The notes beneath the pieces were generated by a model that saw nothing but the letters and a program-made list of their open reading frames with translations, made no database searches and was not told the origin of the DNA. A program made the position numbers and the translations under genes. A DNA stretch of 64,000 bases from NCBI GenBank assembly GCA_016748015.1, contig JAAOMT010000591.1:667050-731049 (forward strand). The letters run 5' to 3'. This DNA is from Geosiphon pyriformis uo1 (lineage: Eukaryota > Fungi > Glomeromycota). Within the stretch, counting starts at the first letter, position 1; every line of letters starts with the position of its first letter. Positions 12,864 to 25,768 of this stretch are shown here, piece by piece.

Positions 12864-14241
12864 ATAGACACACAAAAATACAAACAACTCCAGCATTATA
12901 TAAATACTCAATTGTTCAAGAAAAAATTATCTCAAAAAGAACAAAACAACATAAAACAACAATCAAAATATTTTATTAATCATTAAAATATACTCTACCA
13001 GAAGAACAGAAGAAATCCAGATCAACCAATCAGAGTAGTCACAGAATCAGAAAAAGAGACAATATTATTCAACATGCACTCAAATCCAACAGCAGGACAT
13101 TTTCATAAAGAAGCGACCATAAAAAGAACCAGAAAAAGATATTATTGGCCATCAATGTATCCAGACATCATCCAATATGTTCAAAATTGTGATGCTTGTT
13201 AAAAAAAAAGAGGAACAAGACCAAGTGAACCATTAAAACCAATCAAAGTAGAACAACCATTTGATTACATTGGAATTGACTTAGTCAGACCATTAACAAT
13301 CACCAGTAAAGACAACAGATATATTGCAGTAGCCATGGATTATCTCACTAAATGGCCAAAAGCAAAAGCCATTCAAAGAGCAGATGCAGAATCTGTTGCT
13401 GAATTTGTCTATCAAGAGTTAATATGTTAACATGGATGTCCAAAAAAACTACTATTAGATCAAAAAACTCATTTTGTGAATAGAACATTAATAGAATTAA
13501 GTCAGAGATTTGGGATAAAAAGATTATTATCGTCATCATATTATTTACAAACAAATGAACTAGTCAAAAGATTTAACAGAACACTGTGTGAAACAATTGC
13601 CAAAATCAGTCAAAAAAACCAAGATGAATGGAATTTGTTTATACCATCAGTATTATTTGCTTATCAGACAATAAGACAAGATACTACACAAACAACACCA
13701 TTTGAATTGGTATATGATAGGACAGCAACATTATCAGTTGAGAGAAAGGTCAGCATATATCCAATGGAACCAATAACAGAAGCTAATTTCCAAGAAACAT
13801 TGTTAAGAAGAACATATAACTTAATGGAAACACTAGAAAACAAATGACAAAAAAGCAGCTGATAACATTTAAAAGTCTTGAGAAAAGTAAAAAAAACGGC
13901 ACAATAACCAATTACCAGATAAACCAGTTGAATTCAAGATTGGAGACAAAGTACTTCTACATTGTACCAAAGTGGAAAAACAATGGAGTAGAAAATTTGA
14001 TCCCAAATGGGACGGACCATTTCACATAGAAGAAATTCTTGGAAATGGAGCTTATAAACTAATATAAGACAACAAAATCTTAGCCAAAGCAGCACATGAT
14101 GATTAACTGAAACCATATTACCAAATAGCATTATCATCTACCAATAACATTCCACAATTAGGAGTACAACGAATACTAGTTCAACCAAATGAGATTCTAT
14201 AAGATCTGGAACCAATCATAATTATTGGGCCAAACACATAA
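12864..14241 (+). pseudogene. Stand-alone integrase ORF of element E
   Basis: Starts ATA GAC ACA (degenerate MDT) 31 nt after the pol stop. Motifs AGHF, YYWP, GIDLV, DYLTKW, KWDGPF. Ends EPIIIIGPNT*. Confidence 0.85.
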
Positions 14242-14299
14242 AATCAAACAATAAAAGAGTATATAAAGACAGTATATGTGACAAATTCAACCAAAAAAA

Positions 14300-14960
14300 A
14301 TGGAAATACCAAATCATATTCATGCCATAGCTCAACAATTATTCCAGGCCTTAAGTCAACAACCATTAGATATGGAAATTATTGTTAACAACCAAACAAT
14401 TTGCTATCAAAACACCAAAAGAAAAACAAAAAATACATCATATTAGTGGTTACAAAAAAATGATAAAAACTGGTTAGACAATATAATAGAAAAAATAAGA
14501 AACACTTTTGGGAAAATACCTATTATGGCACTAACAGAAGAACTTACAAAAAAGAATTGGAAGCAATAGACAGAACAACTTCCAATATCATACTGTTATT
14601 ATCAGTTAAGTCGAAAGTTAAATATTCAGAAGTTGTATATTAACAAATCCAAGAGAGTATTTAACCAAAACATAATACAGCAAATTGAAGAATTTATTGG
14701 GAAAAAGACGAACTTGACACTATACATGAGAATAATTTATTGACTGCACAACATATTTCAGAACTATCCAGAAATACTGTTATACTCTAACATGGAAACC
14801 ATAACCATTAACCAATGGAGAAGAATAAACAATACACAAGTAGAAGACGTGAAAAACAAAGTCGAACAAACAATACTTGAAAAAAAAGTATTAGAATTAA
14901 TTCAAAACAAAGATTTCAACAGAGCTCAATATTAAAAAGAGGAGATAATATTACTCATAA
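14300..14960 (+). pseudogene. ORF3 of element E (MEIPNHIHAIAQQLFQAL...), degenerate; end approximate
   Basis: Read by eye from ATG 14300 with a few in-frame stops. Same position and N-terminal pattern as Fam1 ORF3. Confidence 0.65.
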
Positions 14961-15926
14961 AAAAAAAAGAAAACAGATATAAAAAATAGCAGACCAATAA
15001 GAGAATAGTATTTAGCACATAAGCATATTGCTCAGCAATGTGGAGCAATATCAAAAATCATGACACATTGCTTAGCAATGTGAAGCAATATCAGAAAACA
15101 CAGCATATTGCTCAGCAATGTGGAGCGATATTAGAAAATTAGAGCACATCACTCAGCAATATGAGCATTGCTCAAAAAATCATAGCATATTGTTCAGAAA
15201 TGTGAGTGATTTCATAGAACATCAATTATGTATATATAGTGATAGCATTAGAAATAGAAAAAAAACAAAATTCTTTAGTTAGAAATCTTCTATTCACAAA
15301 TATTGAATAAATAAATCATATACTATCCAAATCCACTCTCCACTATCAACACTTTATGTTGATAGTAATTGATACTTAACTATGCTAGAACAATAGCTCT
15401 TGATCATGGCTATTGACGAAATACTAACTTGTGCATTGCCTTGGCTCATTTCTTTATTTTTTTTTATTTTCTTTCTTTCTTTGATTTTTCTTGTTGAATA
15501 CTAACTTGATTAAGAATTAAAGTGCTGAGTAATTGACGTCATGGATAGCCTAGTAAAAAACCCAGAAATAAGGATAAAATTATATATATATTAACAGATA
15601 GCTTACCAGAAAAACATGAATGCCAGAATAAATCCAGCCACCAAGCTGAGAAAGAAATTGGGAACAACTCATAAGGAAACTATAAATAACATTAACAAAG
15701 AATCTCTGTCCATTATACAAAGAACTCAACTCTAAAAACCTTCAGATACAACCAACATATCAGTATCACCAGCATTGCCAAGATATTGAGTGCCAAGTTA
15801 CAGATTTGTTATTTGATTTGAGACCCCAAATAATCATCTGTAACACTATTAGCTTGTTACTCCAACCCATAACATAAAAGTAGTGCTTTTTGTGAGGTTG
15901 TTAAAATCCACTTTGTTTTTTATTGT

Positions 15927-17474
15927 ATGGGTAATTATTCATATCTGCCACAACAATCAGAAGAACACTTTAAAGCACACAACAAAAATGATCTAGACTT
16001 TATTGAACTCAATCCTTTGCCTTTCTGCTTGATTTGCTTCCCCATTAAAGAACAATCCAGCAGACAATTCCAAGACTTTTGGAACTGATTCCTGAATGAG
16101 CATTCAGCTGAAATCTACACAGCTTATACAATCTATTACTTTAACCAAGCTTATTTTAAAAATGACTTTGAAGGAAAAAACAACAGTATCAATCAGCTTT
16201 TATATTCTGCAATCTTTGAACAACAGCCCTTTGATTTTGAATATCTGAATCATCAAATCCACATTTGGATTGCTGCCTATCAATCAACAAAAACTTCTCT
16301 TGAAACAGAAGAAGAAAGCTATCAAACTACTTCTGTTTTTGATCTCTTTTCAAGTGAATCAGAACACTCCACACAAACAGTTACACTTGAACCAATGGCT
16401 CAAGACCCTCTGCAACAAAACATTTTGATTGCTCTCCAAGGTATACAGACTGCTTTAGGGCGAAAAAACAACACCCCATTACCATTATTTAGAGATAATG
16501 CCCAAGATCCAATTGAATAGTTGGATAATTTTGAAAGAGCTGCTACAGCAAACCAATATGATAATGAATACAAGTTTCAAATCATTGGTGGCTACCTCCA
16601 AGGCTCTCTTGCTACTTGGTTCTCACAAGAAACCAATGCCAATGCTCAGCAAAAAATCATTAGATGGGCACCAGCAAATGCTGGAGAAAACAACACCTCT
16701 TTTATTACCCGATTTGAAACTAAATTTAAAACTCCCATCTTAATCTCAAAATGGCATATAGAATTAGAAAGGAGAACTCAAGGCCCTGGTGAGGTTGTGA
16801 CAGAATATGCCAAAGCAATAAGAAAACTCATTAAATGGGTAGACTCTGGAAGAAATTGGACAGAAAAACAGAAAATACATTCCTTTACAAAAAGACTGAG
16901 AACTGATCTATCATATGTTTTTTGGCTTCTCCTGGTCTTGAAAAATAATCTCACAATGGATATGGCCATTAAACTTGCTCAGAAAATAGAAGACAATTAA
17001 AGGATGCACCTAGGATTCACACTTCCAGTTTTTGCTCCTGTTATGGCTCCTGCTCCCCTAATGGCTGTTACCTCTTTTGCTGCCCAAACTCAAGACCCAA
17101 ATGAACAGTTAATAGATAGACTTACAGCTAATTTTGCCTGATTATTAGAACTATTGGTCCAAGCAGTTAGAGAGAATCAACAACCCCAAAGACTCAGATT
17201 TGAATCTCATTTCAATCAGTTCCAACAACCACCATATTAAAGACAGCAAAATTGTGGCCCACCTGTATGCTATCATTGTAAACTAACTAGACATTTTTCA
17301 AGAGACTGCAACAATTCTTTATTGCCCCCTTCATCTCTTAGAAACAATAACAATCAAAACAACAGAACTATTAACAATAATATTTCCAACCAAAAAACCA
17401 ATTATGTTAATATCAATTTCTTTAGAGGAAATCTCCTAGTTGAAGCTACTGTTTATCAGTCTTTAAACTGGTAG
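15927..17474 (+). pseudogene. gag of element C
   Basis: LDNFERAATANQY, QGPGEVVTEYAK, CYHC knuckle. Ends LNW*. Confidence 0.85.
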
Positions 17475-20155
17475 ACACACCTCCAAAGGATGAAAGTGCA
17501 AGCTAACCAGAAAAAAACCCCTTTTATGCTTTTAACCTAACTGATAATAATCATGATATGGATGAACTAGCAATCAACACCTCTAAATCAACCAAAAAGA
17601 AGAAAAAAGCCAAGATTGATTTTGTCTTAAACTCAAACAAAGCATCCAAATTATCTGCTAATAACAATGAGTCACCAAAGGTTAAGGTTTTTAAAAATCC
17701 TCCAAAGTTAGAACCCCCAGAAATTGTACAAAAATTTGGATCCTATTCCATTGTTAAAGATCTCATGGAAACTCCAGCACACATTATATTTGGCCAGTTA
17801 ATGACTCACCCACAGTTTAAAAAAGATCTTTGCAAATCATTAATACCAAAGAAAAAGACACCAAAGACAAACAAACACCTTTACCAAGCTGAACTTGCTG
17901 ATGACAGCAATGTCATCCCTCTGATTTGTAAAGCCCAAGTGGCTGGTTACTTTATTGATCTGATCCTAAACAGTGGATCATTTGTTAGCATAATTGCCAA
18001 ACATTTTCTTGAAGCAATTGGCAGAAAAATTGATGAGCCTTCTATAAGACCAATAACTAATGTACATGGTAACAAGAAGAAAGGCCTGGGCATAGCCAAA
18101 GCTATTCCTGTTCGCATCAATGGTATCAGCATTGAAACAGATATGGAAGTATCTGAAGCAAAAGAGTACACCATTATTGTTGGTAATGAATGGCTTCAGA
18201 AAGCCAAAGCACTACTTAACTATAAACTTTGTGAGCTAACCATCAGATGTGGTAAGAAACCCATTGTGGTTAAATGCCGATATTGGACAACTCCTCCAGT
18301 ACCCAAGCAGAACCAAAAAGTAGAACAATCAGATGAATCAGATAATAATAAGAGCGATGATAAAAAAGATCAAGAAGAACCAGAAGAAACTGCTAAACTC
18401 GCTTATACCATTTTTACCAGCAATGACAAGCCACTAGACAATGTTAAAGCTAACAAAAAAGGAATCATGATAAATGGCAAGCTGATTTGTTGGCCCTACT
18501 ATGATATCCTCAGAAGAATCTTTGACAGAAAACCTGGCAAGAAAGCAAAATATAGTTATTGGTAATATGGTCTTTGTGCACAGTGCTAGTATAATAAATC
18601 TTTGTATTCACCAAGTGATGAATGCAAATCCTGTCTAATCTATTACAAAGATTGGGAACCAATTAGCTTGATACCTCGAGAAGAACTTAAAGAAGTACAA
18701 AAGTCCTTTGAGAATAAACCACTTGAAATCCAATTACTAGTTGTAGAACAAAAAGAACCTTCCCCTGAAGAAAAAAAAGTGGACATTGAAAATCTGTTGG
18801 CTAGGAATAGCCCAGTTATCTCAAAAGAAGATAATGCCCCTGGATGAACTCATGTGATACAATACACCATCACCACCAAAAAAACTCACCCCATTTATTT
18901 GAAGCCTTATCAATTCAATTGACACAATGATGAGTTTATCAAGAAAGAGATAAACCAGATGAAAGATCTTGGATTCATACAAGAAACCAAGAGTAAATAG
19001 GCTTTTTCAGTTGTAGTGGTATTCAAGAAAAGTGGAACCTTATGCTTCTGTATTGACTACTGCCAATTAAATACCATCACTATAAGAAACATGTACCCAC
19101 TCCCCAAAATTGATGCAATGCTAGATAAATTCAATGGTACTGCTTTCTTCTCAACTATTGATTTAACTGCTGAATTTTGACAAGTAGAGATGGATCCAGA
19201 AAGCAGAAAGAAAACTGTCTTTATCACCAAGTATAGCACCTATGAATTTACAGTCATGCCTTTTGGTCTTACCAATACTCCTCCTACCTTTTAATGTCTA
19301 ATAAATAAAGTGTTTGAATCAGTAAAAGAAAACTTTGTTCTGGTTTACTTGGATGACATAATGATATATTCAAAAATCTGGGATGAACATCTTGAACATT
19401 TACAGAAGGTTTTTGACCTGCTCAAAAATGCTGGCCTTAAGATCAACCCAATCAAATCTTTTTTTGCATGCCAATCTACCCAATTTCTTGGTCATTTTAT
19501 TACAAAAGATGGAATTTTTCCTGATCTAGCTAAAGTTGAAAAAGTTCAAAACATTAGACAACCAATGAATGTTCCTGAACTATGCTCTTTTCTTGGTTTG
19601 GCCTCTTACTATCGCAAATTTATTAAGAATTTCTCCAAAATTGCTTTTCCTTTCAATTAGCTACTCAAAAAAAATGTCAATTATCACTGGGACACTTATC
19701 AACAAAAAGCTTTTGAATTTTTGAAGGAAAAACTTGTTACTGAACCAATTCTCAAACAACCTGATCTGGACCAACCTTTTATCTTTCACACTGATGCATT
19801 TGGCTATAGACTTGGTGTTGTCCTTTTACAAAAAGATGAAAATAGCAGAAAACATGTCATAGTATATGCCAGTAGATCCTTCACACCAGCAGAAAAGAAC
19901 TATTCAGTTACTAAACAGGAATGTTTAGCAGTAGTTTGGACAACTAGTTACAGGAATCAATATCTTTTTGGTGTAAAATTCCTAGTAGTAACAGATTATT
20001 AAGCCTTGGTTTGGCTGCACAATAAAAAAAAGCTGGAACACAAACAAATAATTTGTTGGATACTCCACTTGGATGAATTTGACTATGATATTCAACACCA
20101 CAAAGGAGCAAATCATCAAAACACCAACACTCTATTTAGACTTACCATCCAGTGA
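17462..20155 (+). pseudogene. pol (PR-RT-RNase H) of element C, -1 frame relative to gag
   Basis: LILNSGS, VYLDD, FHTDA. TGA at 20153-20155 after ...RLTIQ. Confidence 0.87.
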
Positions 20156-20219
20156 CAGTACAACCTTTCAAACCAAACCAACTTAATTATTAGTAACTTT
20201 TTTATAAACAAACATGATA

Positions 20220-21533
20220 ATAGACTTGGACAACTACTTTGCCTTAATAGAATTTTTGGGTAAAGGACAATATCCACCTGAATACACTCAACAGCAAAGA
20301 AAACATTTGTGCAAACAATCAAATTTTTATTAGATTCACCAGAACCAATTATACAAAAAAAACAGAAAAAATCCTAACCACCCCCAAAGAGTCATCAGAT
20401 TTGAAAAAAGAGAAATTGTAATATACAACATGTACACTAACCTATTAGCTAGCCACTTTGGAAAAACAAAGACAATTTAGAAAACTTTAGCTCACTATTA
20501 TTGGCCTACCTTGGGAAAAGACATTGCTGAATACATCAAAATCTGTGACATCTGCCAAAGAAAAGGCAAACCCAATTGCAAAAAAAATATTCATCCAATC
20601 TCTGTTGGTCAACCATTTGACAAAATTGGTATAGATGTTATTGGACTTTTAACAATTACTCCTGATGGCAACAGATATATTATCACAGCTACCAACTATC
20701 TTATAAAGTGGGTAGAAGCAAGAGCCACCCCAGACCAAATAGCAGTTTCAATAGCCAATTTCATTTATGAAAATATCATCTGCCATCATGGCTGCCCCAA
20801 AAAACTTTTATCTGATAGAGAAAGAGCTTTTTTCAGTACACTGGTTAAAAAACTTTGTAGAAAAATGAGAATATGTTATAAACTTTTCTTCCCTTATCAC
20901 TCCCAAACAAATGGCCTAGTGGAATGTTTTAATAGAACATTATGTGAAACCCTAGCCAAAACCAATGAAGAAACAAACTTATGAGACAAAGTACTGCTTT
21001 TAGCTTTGTTTGCTTATAGAACTGTGAATTATAACATAACAAGTTATGAATCTTTTTATCTGCTCTATAGATGCATGACAATACTACTAATAGAAACTAA
21101 TATTAAAACAATACTCTTTGAAGAGATCACAATAGGGAATTACAAAGACATTTTGCAAAGAAGACTTGGTACTATTCTTGACTCCTTGGTAGAAGCACGA
21201 ATAATTGCTTTTGAAAAGATAAAACAGTTCCAAAAAAAGCTTAAGAAAAAAAAAACCTATAAAACACTTTCTTTAAGTGTTGTTTACTTGGTATTGGAAT
21301 ATTGTTCAGACAGAGACAATATCTATGATAATAAATTTTCTAGCTGATTAAAAGGACCCTTTATAGTCAACAAAGTTTTGAACAATAGTTTTTATATTCT
21401 TCAAAATCAATCTGAAACAATCTTCAATGATCATTTTGTTCATAGTACACAACTCAAGAAATACCATAAATGATCTGATTGGCTGCCTGTTGTGGTAATA
21501 CTGATTCAAATAATCAGCAAAAATCAAGTATAA
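20220..21533 (+). pseudogene. Stand-alone integrase ORF of element C
   Basis: ATA GAC TTG (degenerate MDL). CDICQ, GIDVIG, YHSQTNGLVE, KGPF. Confidence 0.85.
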
Positions 21534-21574
21534 ATAAATGCACCATTCCCAAAACAAAGATATCTTCAATTAAC

Positions 21575-22232
21575 ATGAACAATTATTTTCTGAATCAAAA
21601 CATTCAAAATGCCTTCTATACTCTTTATGAATATTGGATCAAAAACTATCCAAATGCTACTTTGACCATTGGAAAACAAACCACCATAACTGATAACAGT
21701 GGAACACATACTGTTATTAGACCAAAGAAAACCATTACCAGAAGAAAAAAAATTGGTAGTAAAATATATAAATATCTGTTGGAAAGTATAACAGCAGCTA
21801 TACTTCCACTTTCCAACACAATTGGAAAAACACTTCAAAAAATCTTATCCATAGACAAAAAACTTGTTATATGAAAGACAATTAGAACTCTATGGTCGTT
21901 TTGGTGAAATCATAGAGGATATGAAACTCATGAAGAAAACAACTTTAGAGATACAGGCAGAAATTTTGGGCATTATACAGTTAGATGTTTTAAAAGTTTT
22001 AACTATTGCTAGAAGAGCCAAAACTCTAATACAAAGATTTGGTTTTTTGGATACAAAACTTATTTCACTTCAAGTATTATATATCTTATTAACAAAAGAC
22101 TTCAACAAACTAGTTAGCTTTGAGTTAGATAAAATCTTTCCAATAGATTACACCATAAATAGCTTAATTTTGCCAGAGCTGAATCTCTTTAGAGAGGATG
22201 ATGTTATGGTTGAAACTTATACTTCTTATTAA
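21575..22232 (+). pseudogene. ORF3 of element C (one frameshift)
   Basis: ORFs 21479-21874 and 21864-22232 match ORF3 of element F. Confidence 0.75.
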
Positions 22233-25070
22233 TTATTACATGTATTAGCCACTGATGTCATATAAATTAGCCACTCTATTTTTAGTAAGTGATCATTGAC
22301 CACTTTTGATAATTATATAAGCAATGAATCTTTTAACTATAGAAAAGTATGAAAAAATTAAAGAAATAAAGAAATAAAATAACAACTTCATTTCAATCTT
22401 TCTCTTATTGCTAATTTTTTTTTCCCTACTTTCAAGTATCTGAACATCTTAAAGATAAAAGATTACTTGTTGGTTATTCTTTACTCTTTTCTTAAAACGT
22501 GTAATTGCAATATTTGGAGATCATTGAATAAAATGTGACTGAAGAGCATATCTGATACTTGATATTGAATTTTAAGAGCACTGACATAAGGCATAGAATT
22601 ATACCAAGTGTGATCATTTGTTGACAGTACAGACTATCCTTCTACCTTTAAATTCCCCAGTTATCTTTGAAAAGTATAGCAACTGAAATATTTTATAAGA
22701 CTGATTTTGCACATTGAATTCTTACTCATTTAATTTGTTCTTTGAAGTTGAATGTCCCTTTGATTATTTCCATCACCCTACAATTCTGTTCTTCCTTGTT
22801 ATCTATTAGCTTGTTATTCCAATCTGTAATAATATGTTATAAACTTTCTTCTTTTTACTATCCTTAAACAAATAGCTTAGTAGAATATTTCAATAGAATA
22901 CTATGTGAAATCTTAGCCAAAACCAGTAAAAAAACAAACTTATAGGACAAAATACTGTTTTCAGCTTTGTTTGCTTATAAACTGTAAATCATAACATAAC
23001 AAGTTATAAACTTTTTTATCTGCTCTATGAATACATGACAACATTACTAATAGAAACTAATATTAAATGAATACCCTTTGAAGAAATTACAATAGAAAAT
23101 TATAAAAACATTTTGCAAAGAAAACTTGGTACTATTTTTGACTCATTGGTAGAAGCACAAATAATTGTTTTAAAAAGATAAAACAGTTTTAAAAAAAGCT
23201 TAAGAAAAAAAAAACCTATAAAACATTTTTCTTAAGTGTTAGTAACTTAGTATTAGAATACCATTCAGACAAAGACAATGTCTATGATAATAAAATCTCT
23301 AGCTGATGGAAAAAACTCTTTTTAGTCAACAAAGTTTTGAACAATGGTTCTTATATTTTACAAGATCAATATAGAACAATCTTTAATAATTGTCTTGTTT
23401 ATGGTACATGATTCAAAAAATATTACAAATGACCTAATTGGTTATCTGTTGTAATAATACTGATCCAAATAATTAGCAAAAATCAGGTATAAATAAATGC
23501 ATCATTTCCAAAACAGAAGTATTTTTAATTAACATGAACAATTATTTTCTGAATCAAAACATTCAAAATGTTTTCTATACTCTTTATGAGTATTGAATCA
23601 AAAATTATCTAAATGCTACTCTGACTATTAGAAAACAAATCATTATAACTAATAACAATAAAATATATACTATTATTAGACCAAAGAAAACTACTATCAG
23701 AAAAGAAAAAATTGGTAGCAAAATGAATAAATATTTGCTGAAAAGTATAACAGTGGCAATACTTTTACCTTCCATTACAATTGAAAAAACAATTAAAAAA
23801 ATTTTATCTATAAACAAAACTTGTCATATGGAAGGCAATTAGAACTCTATGATTATCTTGGTAAAATTATAGAGAACATAAAGCTTATGAAGAAAACAAC
23901 TTTAAAGATATAGATAAAAATTTTGGGCATTATATAATTAAATGTCTTAAAAGTTTTAACTATTGCTAAAAGAGCCAAAACTCTTATACAAAAATTTAGT
24001 CTCTTGAATACAAAACTTATTTCATCTCAAATATTATATATCCTATTCACAAAAAACTTTAACAAACTAGTTAGTTTTAAGTTAAACAAAACCTTTCAAA
24101 TAGATTATCCTATAAATAGCTTGATTTCACCAGAGTTTAATTTCTTTGGAAAAAATAATGTTATAATTGAAACTTATACTTTTTATTAGTTATCACATGT
24201 ATTAGCCACTAATATCATATAATTAGCCATTTTATTTTTAGATAGTAATTATTGATTTGATCAATAATCTGACTATTGACTTGATTATTGACCTGATTAT
24301 TGACTATTTTCAATAGCTATATAAGTGATAAGTCTCTTAGCTATAGAAAAATATAATCAAAGTAATGAAATAAAATCCACTATTATTTTATTTTTTTTTA
24401 TATTATTTATTCTCTTTTTCTTATCTTTAAGTATCTAAATATCTTAAAATAAAAAATTACTTGTTGGCATTTACATACTTTATCTTTTTTTTTTCTTAAT
24501 TTGTATTGTTAGAATTAGTCTGAGAAGTAATTGCTTGCTCTTGTAATTTATTGAATAAAAAAATAATTAAAAAGCATAATAATACCTGTTATTAATTTTA
24601 AGAATTGCCAAGTTGAAGTATAAAATAATAGCAGTGATGTTATCTTGTTAACAATTATGGACTATTTCTCTATCTTTAAATTTCCAGAAAAAATTTACAA
24701 CTGTAATTTTTATAAGACTAATTATGCACATTGAATTTTTATTTATTTAATTCACTTTCTTATTGTAATTTTCTTTTTAATTATTTTCATTATTCTACAA
24801 TTCTGTTCTCTTTTGCTATCCATTAGCTTGTTACTTCAATCTGTAATAATATTATTTAAATAAATTAAAATAAGGTTTTTATTAACTAATTTAAATACTT
24901 TGTTTATTAATTATTAAAAGATAAAAAAAGCATTAATTAATCCAAAAAACATAATTGTAAATTTATAAGTATTATACTATTATAGTTGAAACCCATAGTT
25001 TTTATTAGTTATTACATGTATTAGCCACTGATGTCATATAATTAGCCACCCTATTTTTAGATAGTAATCA

Positions 25071-25190
25071 TTGACCTTATCAATGACCTGACCATTAACC
25101 TAATTATTGACCTGATCATTGACCTGATCAATGATCTGATTGTTGACCTGATCATTGACCTAATCATTGACTTGATTGTTGACCTAGTCA
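25071..25190 (+). repeat. Ten tandem 12-mers (consensus TTGACCTGATCA) in U3 of the Fam3 LTR, just upstream of a TATATAA box
   Basis: Counted directly. The same array, with different copy number, is present in most Fam3 LTRs. Confidence 0.9.
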
Positions 25191-25722
25191 TTAACCACTT
25201 TAGATAGATATATAAGTGATGATTTCTTTAGTTGTAGAAAGACATGATCAAAGTAACGAAATAAAACAATATTAATTACTTCCTCTTATATCGCTTATTT
25301 CTCCTTTCCTTATCTTCAAGTATCTACTTGTTGGCATTCACATATCTTATCTTTTCCTCTTCTTGATTTGTATTTATTAGAATTAGCCTGAGAAGCAATT
25401 GGCTTGCTCTTGTAATTCATTGAATAAAGAAATGATTGAAAAGCACAATGATACCTGTTATTGATTCTAAGAATCGCTGAGTTGAGGCATAGAATAATAG
25501 CAGCAGTGTTATTTTGTTGACAATCACGGACTATTCCTCTACCTTCAGATTTAAGAAAAGATTAGTGACTGTGATTTTTATGAAACTGATCATGCACATT
25601 GAATTCTTATTCATTCAATTCACTCCCTTATTGTAATTCCCTCTTTGTTTATTTCCATCACCATACAATACTGTTCTCTCTTGCTATCCGTTAGCTTGTT
25701 ACTCCAACTCGTAACATAAAAG

Positions 25723-25739
25723 TGGTGCTCCCTGTGAGG
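25723..25739 (+). promoter_or_regulatory. Primer-binding site TGGTGCTCCCTGTGAGG
   Basis: Begins with TGG (complement of tRNA CCA), 6 nt after the LTR end. Near-identical in Fam2 (6541). Confidence 0.85.
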
Positions 25740-25768
25740 TTGTCAAAATTCACTTATTTCCTCATTGT

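Larger units (their letters stand above)
5702..15845 (+). mobile_element. Element E: full-length Fam2 LTR retrotransposon (gag-PR-Cys-rich-dUTPase-RT-RH / IN / ORF3)
   Basis: LTRs 5702-6538 and 14949-15845. PBS TGGTGCTCCCTGTGA at 6541. PPT AAAAAGAGGAGATAA at 14934-14948. TSD CCAT (5698-5701) / CTAT (15846-15849). Confidence 0.92.
5014..22831 (+). mobile_element. Element C: full-length Fam3 LTR retrotransposon nested in the integrase of B; its 5' LTR is interrupted by element E
   Basis: TSD ATAT at 5010-5013 and 22832-22835. 5' LTR 5014-5701 plus 15846-15874, PBS 15881-15897, 3' LTR 22202-22831. Confidence 0.92.
3378..24848 (+). mobile_element. Element B: degenerate Fam3 LTR retrotransposon (RT-RH-IN 3378-5013; IN, ORF3 and 3' LTR 22832-24848), split by element C
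   Basis: Collinear with element F from ~29061 onward. Integrase resumes at 22836 after the ATAT TSD. 3' LTR 24159-24848. Confidence 0.88.
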
